A stretch of DNA of 54,645 nt, the filler included, from Sphacelaria rigidula (lineage: Eukaryota): assembly GCA_964200075.2 (NCBI GenBank). It is 4 parts of 4 records of this genome, joined end to end, with 100 filler letters (N's around TTAATTAATTAA, not from the genome) between each part and the next. Parts side by side here need not be neighbours in the genome. Positions count along the whole stretch, not along the records: positions 27,380 to 40,962 come from CAXNAA020002786.1; positions 41,063 to 54,645 come from CAXNAA020002787.1; 2 more parts are not named here. One strand, 5' to 3'. Below, one piece after another: positions 36,633-48,649 of the stretch. Numbering within the stretch: the first letter of the stretch is position 1; each line of letters begins with the position of its first letter. The notes under the pieces are model-generated. The model made no database searches. It was given only the letters and a program-made list of their open reading frames with translations, and was not told the origin of the DNA. The position numbers were made by a program, and so were the translations under genes.

Positions 36633-37587
36633 TCGAGTGTGGCGGCAAGTGGAGATTTTTGGTGAACGCGACCGGCTGCCGTCGCGTGCTGCTGTTGTGC
36701 ACACACAACATCCACGATTCACGGAGTGGCTAGCTGGAGGCAGCTTTTCTGCTGGAGCCAGTTTTTCTGTTTGAGATTGGACGCGGAGTCAACCCGCTTA
36801 TCATCGAGCCCGGACTGATCACCTGGGTTCACGGCTGCACATTCGGTACGCTGCTGTTTTGTGTAAGGCATTCGGGGTTCATGACTTCTAGGCGTTGACT
36901 CCGGTTGGCGAATAAAGGTGTGCAACGTTTGGTAGGCCGCGTGCGGAGACCTGAGTACGCGACCGACATCCAAACAGCCTGCGCGTTGTTTATCGCGGGG
37001 CGAAGTCTTCCAAGATATCTTCCACGTGCTGAGTGCCGTCTCGGTAGCGTGTGTATAGGCTGAGGAACTGACTTCACGGGCTGGGATTTCACTTTGCTGC
37101 AGCCTCACCTTCAAACCTGGTGTGAACTGCTTTACATCAGTCGCCTGCGCGTGGTATACGCGAGGTGGAGTTATCCAAGATACCTTCCGCGTGCTTTGTC
37201 CGGCGCATGGGTAGGTTGAGGTATCCAAGATATCTTTAGTGATTGAGGATAACACTCGGCCTGTTAGATATTGCTGCAGCCAAAAGGCTGCACTGAAAGA
37301 CATGTAGCAACCTAAGCAGTTACACCTGACCCGTGTGATTTCAGAACGTGACCGCAGTTGGTACCTCCGTCGCCAAAACACCGCAGCTTAACCAACTGCG
37401 GTAGGTCTGAACTGTGTTTTCGTCGAGCACAGGAGTCTGGGCGGACGCTGGAAGAGCATCCGATGGACAAGGGTTGTAGGCTTCCGAGCTGCAATCTGAC
37501 ACGCACTACGCTGCGTACAGCACTATTATTCCCCTGCACTGCTTTTGCGCGTCGAGTCTTTTTTTTGGTATTCGGAGCGTTACAGGC

Positions 37588-38601
37588 GTGCACACGTCGA
37601 GCCTTTTTTTGGTATTCGGCACGTCCACCGCGCTCAACCGAGCAATCGACCGCATCGGCAAATGCAAAGACCCCGGGGCCTTTCGCGAGTGGTCCGGGAA
37701 AATTCGTCAAGCGATGAGCCTGTACGCGCGGCAGATGCTTCTCATCCTGGACGGATCAGCTTGTCCTAACGAGCAGGAGGAACGTGAGGTCTGGCAGAAG
37801 GCTAACAGCGACTTGTTCTCAATCCTGTTCTTCGCAACCGAGGGATCCGCGTTCGTTACCGTGAAAGAGCACGAGGGCAAGACAGCGGGCGTAGCGGGGG
37901 ACGGTGCTGCCGCCTGGAATGTCCTCAAGGAGCGTTTCGACGCAAACACCAAAGAAGCCCGCCGTGCTTGTCGCGACAAACTGTTCAACCCCATGAAACC
38001 AGGTAGCGACCCAGTGGACTACTTCGCCACCATGGACGAAATACGGTTGCGGCTGAAGGACTTTGGGGAGGAACTCATCGATGACAGCTACGGCGATGTT
38101 CTGCTTCGTTCTCTTCCCAAGGAGTATGATTCAATCACACAGGTTAGCCATCGCGACCGTTCCTTCAGCCTGGAGGACATGAAACGGACAGCTATTAACT
38201 TCCACATAGACGAGTTGTCCCGCAAGTCGTCTCATCCTCCCATTGCTGGGCGTGGAGCGGCGATGGCCGCTGCTTCAGGCAGCGACCAATGCCACCATTG
38301 CCAAGGCTACGGACACTTTCGAAAGGACTGCCCTAAGCTTGTGCAGAAGAAGCGGCCCACGAAGTGGAAGAAGAAGAGGGCCCCGAAACCTGGCGGCGGC
38401 GGTGGTTCTTCGCAAAAGTGGTGTTCTTACCACAAAACCGCAAGCCACGGCGACTCCGACTGTCACAAGCAGAAGGAGCTCAAGAAAAAGGAGCTTCATC
38501 AGCTGGCTGCCAACTTGGCTCTTCTCAACATAAAATCGCAGGCTGGGCAATTCCCCAACACGCAGTGCGCTTGTCGCACAAAACCCACAACCGGAACCTG
38601 A
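37588..38601 (+). CDS. gag: Copia Gag (UBN2-like domain and zinc knuckles)
   Basis: GAAAWNVLKERF, LLRSLPKEYD, CHHCQGYGHFRKDC (CCHC) and WCSYHKTASHGDSDC. True start uncertain; the frame breaks near 38560-38600. Confidence 0.85.
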   Translation: MHTSSLFLVFGTSTALNRAIDRIGKCKDPGAFREWSGKIRQAMSLYARQMLLILDGSACPNEQEEREVWQKANSDLFSILFFATEGSAFVTVKEHEGKTAGVAGDGAAAWNVLKERFDANTKEARRACRDKLFNPMKPGSDPVDYFATMDEIRLRLKDFGEELIDDSYGDVLLRSLPKEYDSITQVSHRDRSFSLEDMKRTAINFHIDELSRKSSHPPIAGRGAAMAAASGSDQCHHCQGYGHFRKDCPKLVQKKRPTKWKKKRAPKPGGGGGSSQKWCSYHKTASHGDSDCHKQKELKKKELHQLAANLALLNIKSQAGQFPNTQCACRTKPTTGT

Positions 38602-38814
38602 ACCCGAGCCGATAACTTTCGGGTTCTCGTACTGCGCGATGGGTACTCTGCTTGGCTGGGGCGCAAGCGGGCACCACTACCACCGCGACACCTTCTGCGG
38701 CATCAGCTGGGAAACCGGCAGCTCCCGCGACACCACCGGCACAGGTCGGATCTGCTCCCACGAAGGAATCCCAGAAGATCAGCGGCATGCCTGCAGGGGA
38801 TCTTCGGTGCGTTC

Positions 38815-40962
38815 ATGGCATCCACTGCTCTGCCGGCCGGAATCTTCTGGTCTGGTGGGGACAAGGTCACCATGCTAGTGGACAGCGGAGCCACCGAGCA
38901 CTTTGTAGACCCGCTCCTCACTCCTGGATTGCAGGACTCCATGTGCGACTTGCGCGCTCTCGACGTACCGTATCAAGTCGAAGAAATTGGGGGGAAAACT
39001 CTCAAAAGGTGTCGCAACGGGTACGGTCCACGGCACCGTTGTCGATTACGGAGGTTTCAAACAGCCGTTCTCCTTTCACGCTGTTCTTGTTCCAGGGCTA
39101 GGATCTAACCTTTTCTCTGTCTGCACCGCATGGACGCAGGGGATAGCTACGTTATTTCATCCTGCCAAGCCCAGGTTGGAAGCGAGGTAGACAACGGAGA
39201 AGTGGCTCTGCCGATGAACGTGGGTGGCGTGGACAACACGACCAGGAAGCTGCTGTGCACTTTCACTTTAGAGCTTGGCGACGGCTCTGGAGACGGTTCC
39301 AGTGCACTTGCACTGCGGGCTGTTTCTGCGGAGCTGTGGCACCGGCGGATGCGACACGTCAACCGCAGGAGCTTAGATGTCCTTCGGAAACAACTGGGCA
39401 CCGGGGTTGAGTACAACGGGGACATGGATGATTGTTGTGTCTGCGCCGTCGGTAAGAGTGAACAGCAAGCTCATCTTAAGAAGGCGACGCATGATGCACA
39501 GTATCCTTTCCAGTCCGTCACCGTGGACCTCATGGGTCCCATCTCCCCTACAGCCATTAGTGGGTTCCGAATGGTCTCAAAGTTTGTCGACCAGGCCACA
39601 AAGTGGACGGAGATTTTTCTCCTTCAAGACAAAACACAAACAACGGAATCTCTCAAGCTCCTTAACGCGGGGCTTGTGATTCCCTCTGGATATCGCTTGG
39701 AACGCGTTAAAGCTGACAAAGGTTCAGAGTTCACGAGTGCTGAGTTCCGTCAGTACTGTCGGGAGGTCGGGATCAAGCTCGTGTTTGCTTCAACTAACAC
39801 GCCGCAGCAGATAGGAGACATCGAGCGGGCAGGAAAGACGATCGTGGGGATTGTACGCTGCTTGCTCGCGGACTCAGGTCTTCCCAACAACCTCTGGGGG
39901 GAGCTGATGCTGACGGCTGCATACCTCAGCAACCGGACTCCCCACGGGGCATTGAACAACGACACGCCGTACAAACGCCTCTACGGCAAGGACGCAACCC
40001 TCGGAGATTTTCGGACGATCGGGGCAAGGGCGTTCGTGCACGTGGAGACACGCGACAGGAAGCTGGACCGACGTGCCTGGGAAGGGAGGCTCGTGGGTTA
40101 CAGCATGGATAGCACGTCGTACCGGGTTTACAACCCAGCGACAGGGACTGTAAGGGAAAGCAGGAACGTGATCTTCATCGAGACTCCTTCCTCCATGCCT
40201 GAACCTGACTTGGCGAATGGTCTTGAAGAGGAAGAATTCACGTACGACGACGTCGATGACATGATACGGGATGTCCGGAACTATTCACCCGACATCGACC
40301 TGAGATCGTCGCCTGCTGCTGGCCAAGAGGTTCGCAACTCTTCAGTTCGCGCGCTAATCGAACACATCAAGGAGATAACCAACCGCGATGCTGGTATCAA
40401 CCACACCAACTCCGCGTCTTCCGAGATCGCACCAACCGACAATCCATCGGGTGATCCGCCTGGGGGAGACGACCCTGGAGGAGATCGCCCTGGTGATTCG
40501 CCTGGGGGAGACAACCCTACCCCGTCTGAGGAAGGGAGCCCTGCAGGTACAGGCGGTGGTTCTGAGTCGGGTGGTAGCTCCGGTGATTCGGGGTCTGGTT
40601 CGGCGTCGCACGGCGAGGGTAGCTCCCGCGGAGGTTCAGCGTCACATGGTGGGCGTGGTGCTCACGGTGGGCGACGTGGCACGGCATCTCGTGGTGGGCG
40701 GGGTGGTTCTACACCGCCGCGTCCTACTACCAGATCGGTGACACAAGGGCCCAACGCAAGGACTCTCCGCGAATTTAAGAAACTTGGACTACACACGAAG
40801 GGGGAGGTACAGGACATCGCCCACAAGGACAAGTTCGTGTACTTCGTCCATTACGCCTATGCAGCGCAAAACGTCCTACAGGAGGTTCCCAGGACAGTCA
40901 GGGAGGCCATGGAGCTAGCTGACGCGAAACTGTGGCGAGCGGCTACCCGCAAAGAAATGGAC
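38815..40962 (+). pseudogene. pol: Copia Pol: protease, integrase and RT start, frameshifted
   Basis: Protease MLVDSGATEHF; VLVPGLGSNLFSV in another frame; LWHRRMRH...CCVC; integrase VDLMGP / KADKGSEF / IER with D-35-E spacing; KLDRRAWEGRLVGY; PRTVREAME...WRAATRKEMD. Confidence 0.9.
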
Positions 40963-41062
40963 NNNNNNNNNNNNNNNNNNNNNNNNNNNNNNNNNNNNNN
41001 NNNNNNTTAATTAATTAANNNNNNNNNNNNNNNNNNNNNNNNNNNNNNNNNNNNNNNNNNNN
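40963..41062. other. Artificial contig spacer
   Basis: 44 N + TTAATTAATTAA + 44 N. Confidence 0.97.
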
Positions 41063-41386
41063 TCATGAGTACCCCCACCCCCCCTTATCAATTTAAGACT
41101 GGGCAGCAGCGACTATCCCCCCCCCCCCTCCTCAAATTGATTGATTGATTGGTTGATTATCTCGCATTCGCTGATTGCAACAATCCAGCCCGTGGTCACG
41201 AGCAGCAAAAATAGAACAGAATAATAAACCCCCTCCCCAAATATCCAAGTGTTGATGTCCTCCCTAAAACCAAGTGCATTTCAACCATTGGTTTTCGGCC
41301 TACGGCGTCGTTCTCTTGGACATGTCCTTCTTGCCGCCGATAGAATAATAATTATGCTTGGTGATGACGACGCTAAACAACCTCAG

Positions 41387-44300
41387 GAGCACGGATGTGC
41401 AGCGCTGGCGGCGATGGCGCTCAGGTCACCGTCTAACGGAGCGAGGATTGTGGAGGAAGGGGCAATCACAGCCGTAGTGGAGGCCATGCGCCTGCATCCG
41501 TCTGTCACGGCTCTGCAAAGACAAGTGAGCAATGTTTAACGCGCGTTTGTGTAGTCGTGGGACGAACACATTGTTCATGCTGTCCAATAGATCCAGGACA
41601 ATGGGGGCTACGTGGCGTATTGAATAATTGAAAGTCGCCGCTCTCAGGTGCCTGCCGTCTGTATTCGCAAGTTTTCCATCGCTTTCGAAAGGGCACCTTA
41701 CTACTGTGTTTATTTTGTCCTAGTTTCCATATATGCGCACAACATCAACGGTGATCTCGTCAGATCCCCAATGTGTGTTTTATAGAAAAAGGGGGCATCA
41801 ATACGCCAGCCCTACGAAAGAGTATATTTTCTCCGTGATGTAAGCATTTTACCATCTGCACATGTACCGATTGGACTGTACCAGCGACCTGATCTTTCCC
41901 GTTTTTTCGATCATATCAGACACTTTCAGGGAGTGTGGAAAAATCATGGTGTGAACATCACAAGTTGTAAGCGTAGCAACTTCTCCAGTCCATGAATACA
42001 GTGCAGCGTGAAAAGGTCTAGAACAACGTGCAGCTTTGTACTGCCTGCACTGTCCATGAGTGACGCAAGTCCGTCGTCCACCCTACCACGCAATTCCGTC
42101 GCCGATCCCTGCCATGAAGGAAGTTGCTCAAGTTGTCGCCAACAAAAAATGAACGCATCATACCTAACGAGTGCAGCGTATCTATCCCTGTGCCCAACTC
42201 GTGCTCCGTGCTGCAGGGTTGCGGTGGTAGCTGAGCATGAGTTGTTTGGAGTTTGCATGGTTCTGTGAACGGGTGTTATCTGGCGTGATGGTTTGTCTGC
42301 AAGATAGAAGTCAAGTGCGCCTTCGTACCTTTTCTCCGCATGTTTTCGATTGAAAAAGCGAAGGGTAGGTTGGGTAGGGTATGTAGTTGTCAATACTCGG
42401 GTAAAATACACCGGTGTTTTCTCTACTCAAGTTTTGGTAGATTGGGCACGACGCCAATACACTACCCAGTATTTGGGTAGATCAGGTACGACCTCGAATA
42501 CTTTACGCAAATACTGGGAAAACACACACAACACAAGGAGATGATTTTCTCGCAATACGTAGCTGATTGCAGCAATCCAGCCCGTGATCAGGAGCGGAAA
42601 ACCATTTGGAGAAAAATGAAAAATTAGAGGAATATAATTTGAAGAAGGGAATACAAAGAACAAAAGACAGAGCCAAGCTTGTTTGGCAATAATAGGTAGC
42701 AATAATAACAACAACAGCTAACACACACAACGCAACGAGATGATTGTCTCGCAATACGTGGCTGATTGCAGCAATCCAGCCCGTGATCAGGAACGGAAAA
42801 CCATTCGAAGAAAAATGAAAAATTCGAGGAATGAAACTAAAAGAAAGAAATACAAAAGACAAAAGACAGAGCCAAGCTTGTTTCTTGGGGGGCAGGGGGA
42901 AGCACAGACGGAACAAAAAGCAGACAAGGAACCACCAGGAACAAGGGGTAGGTAAATCAGAGGCGGGAACCACATACAGTGCTCCACGTATCTGGCGTAG
43001 GCTATGACGAGTTGGTGTTGGTACTGTCGGTCCCAGGTGCTGTCGATGCATCTTGGCCTGCAGCTTTCGCGTGTCATATTGCTGTCTCTGCGTCATCCTT
43101 TAGGCACTAGTCCACCATAAACCTTCCTGCTCCCTGTTCAACACAGCTGTGCCACTCTACTGCATTCAAAGCTCTAGTAGTCCATCCCTCCCATTCGATA
43201 CCGAAGGCCTTCAGGTATTCCGCTATCTAGGCAGCGGATCCAATGCTTGTGCCTGCCGCTAAACTCTCCTTGTTGCCCCTTCACGGCTGTTATTTCACCG
43301 ATCATGACGTGTTTCGATATCCGTCCGGGTGAAATGCGCATGGCCAAACCGGTGAAGTGAAGTCTCCTCTTTATCACCGTCGTCTCGATGCTTTCGCACC
43401 CTGTCCTCGCGAGGGTCTCTCGGTATGACAGAACGTGGTCTGTGCGATTGCATTTGTGCCATCCAAGGTAGCGCCTGAGCAACGCATGGTGGGCCGTGCG
43501 CAGTAGAGTGTAGTAGGTGTTGTGAGGGTTCCATGTGATGCACCCGTGCAGAAGCGCCTCGACAGCCTCGGCTCTGATCATGCAGACCTTGAGGTGGACG
43601 GCCGCGCTCGGTCGATTGTAGAGCTGAACGTTGTACTGGGGGTAGTTCGCCCATGCCCGTTGTATGCGCTTTTTGGTTTCGACGGAGATATCGCCGTTCT
43701 CCGTGATTGACCCCCCCCAGCTATACAAAGTTGTTTGTTTGTATACCTGGCCAGCCGCATTGATGTCGAGGTGCTCCGCCTGTGAGTGCAGTCGCATGGT
43801 CTTCGTCTTTGCTTCCGACACGGTCAACCCGAACTCCCCGCATATCGTCACGATCACCGTCATCTTTTCCAGGCTCGATCATGTCCGCGGGACGATGCAG
43901 GCATCATCGGCGGACAGCATACATAAGGACCGTACCTCTTCCGCCGCGATTGCTGTGGTCACGTCTGGCTCGTCCCATGCTACCACACATTCCTTCTTAG
44001 AATCTCCGTTCTCTCGCTTTCGGACTTACACCAGGTCCCCTAAGTCCCCCAAGATATCAGGGTCATCGCGGGAAGTAGCCAGGGCCACCGTGAGCTCCGC
44101 CGTAAAACAAATATTGAATAGCAGTGGTGCTAAGACGCATCCTTGCCGGAGGCCCAGTCCGATGTCGAACCATTCCGAGTATTGCCCGTCGTCCGTGCGC
44201 ATCCGAGCTTGCATACCATCATGCAATTGACGGGTAAGCGAGAGCATGATGGGTGGAATGCCATAGCGTTCCAGAACTTTCCACAGCAATGGGCGGTCGA

Positions 44301-47300
44301 CATAATCGTATGTTTCCGTGAGGTCGACGGAACACGTGCAGAGTGGGATCCGTCGTCTCTGGTCAACTTCCTGGAGTCGTCGGACAGTGAACATCTTGTC
44401 GACGCTTAGATCTGTCGACGCCTTGAGCGATCGGGACAGAAGCCGCACTGCTCTTCAGGCAGAATTCCATGCCCTCCCAGTAGGTGCTCAGGCGGCGGGC
44501 GATTATCTCGAGGAGCACTTTGCCGGCGTATGACACGAGTGAAATTCCTCTGCAGTTCCCACATTCCGCCCGACCGTTATTTTTGTGGAAAACCATGATG
44601 GTAGCATCCTTCCATTTTTGTGGTACCGCTCCTCCGCCCCAGATGCCAACGATGATAGCGTGGAATCTCTGTAGTCCGCTAGTCTCTTCGCCGTCGAGGA
44701 GTATCTTGAACAGCTCAGTCGGCAGTTCGTCTGGGCCAACGGCTTCTCCGTTGGACATGGATCGTATGGCACCCGCTGTCTCGTCTGTCGTAGGCACCAC
44801 GTCCAGCGACGTACTCGGATGTCGCGCCTAGAGTTGGTCGCAATTGCTGGGTTGAGGTGAGGCGACTTGGTATTGAGGAGGGTTGGAAACCACCATACCC
44901 ACCGCGGGCGCATGAGCTCCACGTCTCTGAGCAGTTTACTCTTGTTGTCGCGGATATATTGCTCCTGTGAGCTACATGATTTCCCCCCTTCGACATCGAC
45001 TCCCTTCAGGTGCCTGTAGAAACCGCGTTGGTCACCTTGCGCGATGTGCGCTTCAAGTCGGCTGGGTGTAGGTCTCGAAGAATCTGTCCACCGTATGTGC
45101 TCTAACGCGACCGAGTCCCTTGTTGGTCTTCAAGACTTTCTTGAGGTTGGTGTCAGTAGGCGTTAACATCGATGCCCTCCGTGCGGTTTCCCTCGCTACC
45201 CATGCAATGTGGACCTTTGCCTTGGCCTCGGCACTCGCGCACCAGCCGTGGGAGCCGTGTTGGCTTCTCTCGTGGGGTGCAGTGTCTGCTGCGGCGGATA
45301 TCAGCCTCTTGGTAAGATCTGCAGCCATGTCAGCGGTGGTGGCGTTTGTAGGCAAGGGCTCGAGAGGGAAAGCCGTCTGCAACGTCATTGCTCTCAACTC
45401 TTGGTCAGCCATCAGCCTGTCAAGGTCGGCGGTTCTGCGTCCTGCTACATGTTTCCGCATCTTGCGATTGGGCGCGAAGCGACCACGGAGCTGGATCTTT
45501 GCAAGTACCAGATTATGACCAGACTCGCGTTTTCCGGGTAGTTGGCGGCGGACGGAGATGTTGCGTACGAGTTTTCGGTCCGTCTGTCTGGCGAGAATGT
45601 GGTCGAGGCGATAGCGTCCCTTCCCAGCGTTTAAACTTTCGAAAGTATACGAGATGTCCCACTTGGGTGTTCTAAGGAACGTATTGAGCACGGTAAGGCG
45701 TTGTTCCTCGGCGAAGGCCAGTAGCATCGAGCCGTTATTGTTCGTCACGTCCCGCCCGTATTCGCGAAGGACACTGCTGTCATTCTCTCTACCCCCCTTC
45801 CTTCGCTTTCCAGTGCGGGCGTTGGCATCCATCATGACGGATAGATGTTCCTTGCCAGGTACTTGGAAGGTGGTATCGGATACTTGATCCCGAAACTTGT
45901 TCTTGTCGCGCAGCGGAGCGGTGTCCGTCGGGGCATATCCAACCACAAATGATACTGCCTTGGATTTGCCGTGTAGTTCAAGTTTCACCTTCAAAAGTCG
46001 AGCACTCATGTACTCGACTGTAGCACCTTTTCCTCCCATCTCCACGATCGACTCCTTGATAGCGATCCCTACCCCATGTGGTTCTGCCCTCCCCTTAGCC
46101 TCGTTTTATCACCAGAACAGAATACCGTAAATCCCGCTGCACTGAACACCGATTGGCCATCTCTTCTAGTCTCTTGCAAACCCACGATATCGCAGCCCAG
46201 ATTTTCACAAGGTTTCAGGAATATCTCGCTGTGGCCGATGCCGTTCGCACCCTTGAAAACGAGCGTGCGAACATTGTAGGTGCCCACAGTAAGCTCGCCG
46301 ACCCCGGTCCTCGCCGTCGCAGTCTTTTTTCTTTTGTCGGCGATCCTCCGATCTGCTCGTCGCCTGCGCCTCTTTTTCCGAACGACGTGTTTTTTCTTCC
46401 CTCCTGTCCTTTTACATGCAAGTATATATTTGAAATTGATATTGCTTCGCACGTGCTTGTTATCAGACGTGGCTTCGGGGGTAGCAGTCCCGACATGCCT
46501 CGACCGGTTCCACCACCGCATGGTTTCTTGTGATTGTATACGTGTAATTACCTAGCGGTTATGCTTTCCTTGCCACGTATCCCACGCTTTCGGCGACGAT
46601 TATCCGGTGCCGCTGCCGCGGGCTGTGCAGCCGCGTCAAAATTTGCCGTTGGGAAAACTCCCTCCGGCAAAATCCCGCCGTAAGCAGCTGGTGGGGAAGC
46701 AAGACGGTTGCTATCCTATTACTACTGTTGCTGTTGTTACTACTGTTGTCGACGATGATACCTTTTCTCTACACTTCAGGTGTGTGCGTGCAGGGTCGCA
46801 GTTCACACACCCGCCCCAGGCCGAGAGGCAGCACGGGGAGGGAAATCATTATCACTTCTTTTATTGTTCATACCGTCATCGTTGCTATTGCTATTGTTAT
46901 TTTCCTTGAGCTTTCATCTGTCGCCTACGGTTACTGTTTGTTTTTTTGGCATCAGGCATGCCTTTGTATCCGAAACGTGGCTGCGCGAGGGCCGTCGCTC
47001 CGACAGCGTATGTTGGATGATGGGTGTGAGAGGGTGCTGAGGGAAGCAGGAAAGCTGAGGGGTTGCGTGGACGAGGCGTATGCGGCGCTGCGGGATTTGC
47101 GATGCGAGGTGACATCAAAATCCCTGGTGTTCACAATTGACGTGGCGTTGCTTAGAACAAGTAATGCACATTACATCGAATGCAACGTTGTGATCTCAAC
47201 AATTTGACCACCTTGCGGGTCTTGGGGCAGCGAAATCACGAGGAATTCATGTTGAACCCACTGACCGTTGCAGATCAATCGATTCATTGATGAAGTCATC

Positions 47301-48120
47301 GTCTCACGTCAACTGATTTCCCCCGCATCCGGCCGCGGTCGCAACGTGCCCAAGGGAAATGAACGGGATTACTTCAAGGAACTCACATTTACCGGTGTGA
47401 CAGAAGTCAAGACAAGCACAAAACAAAATGATGTGAACTGACTAGCTAACCGAGTCTGTCGAACAACCCGCATAAAAGCCCCGACAAGCGTCTAGCTGGG
47501 CTTTAACCCTTTTGGAACTCGCGGGAAACAGTTCAAACTCCCATATCCGAGCTTCCATCACCGGGAGAACGTCACTTCGAGGTCGGTGCACGAATCTGTC
47601 ACATTAGTATACCTGAACTTGGAGTGGTGCACCGTTTTGGTTGGCTGCATCATCAACACTTGCGGAAAAGCAATCATATATTGCCCAAGAAAATGTCAGT
47701 TGTATATCGTCATTTTTCCATCGACGGTTCCAATAGGGTTAAGCATGAGCTCGAACAAGCATAACAAGTGCTGAAGGTTGTTGAGAAGCTAGAAATTACA
47801 AGGTACAGCCGTGATGGTCGTCACAGACGAATTCAGTCCCGAGTCTATGTTGGAAATTTTTGTATGCAGTGCCCAGTCGATTGTAAGGATGTTGCGACGT
47901 CTTATTGTGTGGAGCTTGAAGCCTTCACTTTTACTCCTCGATCCTTGTGTCTGCACAGGTGGGACTAGTCACCATGGGAGAAGGCGGTGAAATGCAAGTT
48001 GGCGTCACGGGCTTCGGTGAAGTGCCCAACTTCAACCCCACTACCGAGGAGACCCGCGATTTGGAGCAACGAATCCAGGGTTCCGCTACTGCCCCTGCGC
48101 ACGCGGGTTATGCGCTCTGA
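41387..48120 (+). CDS. ARMC6: Armadillo repeat-containing protein 6-like, last three exons (5'-partial)
   Basis: join(41387..41524,46956..47108,47959..48120), all phase 0 and [30 protein letters not shown]...AMRLHP...[15 protein letters not shown]...[10 protein letters not shown]...[17 protein letters not shown]...YAL* resembles the ARMC6 C-terminus (QACMLIRNLV...AALRDLGC). Confidence 0.8.
42521..42883. repeat. About 199-bp tandem duplication in the ARMC6 intron, with a related partial copy at about 41160-41210
   Basis: aacacacacaac..aa.gagatgatt.tctcgcaatacgt.gctgattgcagcaatccagcccgtgatcagga...aaaagacagagccaagcttgttt at 42521 and 42720. Confidence 0.85.
42950..46716 (-). mobile_element. Decayed near-full-length RTE-clade LINE, antisense in the ARMC6 intron
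   Basis: APE motifs: [43 protein letters not shown] motifs: [51 protein letters not shown]. Multiple frameshifts. Confidence 0.92.
47507..47738. mobile_element. piggyBac-type MITE (232 bp) with TTAA target-site duplication
   Basis: TTAA(47503-47506)|CCCTTTTGGAAC ... GTTCCAATAGGG|TTAA(47739-47742). TIRs match 11/12 with CCC/GGG ends; no coding capacity. Confidence 0.75.
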
Positions 48121-48491
48121 ATGAGAAACTTCGCGAGTACGTTTTGCTTACTGCTAGCCCGGCAACCGTAACCATGGCTACGCCAGCGAGATGTCGTGTC
48201 AACGTACACGGTCTCGCGTGGTGTCCTCCGTCCGTTGTGTTTTGAAGCGATGTCTTTTGGAAAGATCTTGGTGAAAAAGAAGGCACAGAACCTGTTGCGA
48301 GGTAATAGCCATTTCAGCTTTTGAAGTGCTTTTTGTGATTAATATCGGGCATATCAAGTATCCTGTCACCAAGTAGCGGGAAGGTGGTAAACCATCACCT
48401 CGAAACAAATGAAGTGCGAGGTAAGCGATTTTCGTGCGAACCTAGCTCAACTACGTGATATCATGATGAACGAGGGTTCCGTAGATATCAA

Positions 48492-48517
48492 ATATATATA
48501 TATATATATATATATAT
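48492..48517. repeat. (AT)n microsatellite
   Basis: About 13 AT units. Confidence 0.9.
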
Positions 48518-48649
48518 TCCAGATATTTAATTTGGAACGTGCCATGTTTCACAGGAATATATGTATTCGAGACGGATATTCTTACATGGTATGAGGAAAA
48601 TATTCTTGATTACAGAAACACCCGACGAACGTTTGGGGAACTGTTTCTA

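Larger units (their letters stand above)
36185..40962 (+). mobile_element. Ty1/Copia LTR retrotransposon, 5' portion (truncated by the contig end)
   Basis: Order is LTR, PBS, gag, protease, integrase, then the start of RT. Integrase before RT is the Copia arrangement. Several frameshifts between gag and integrase. Confidence 0.95.
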
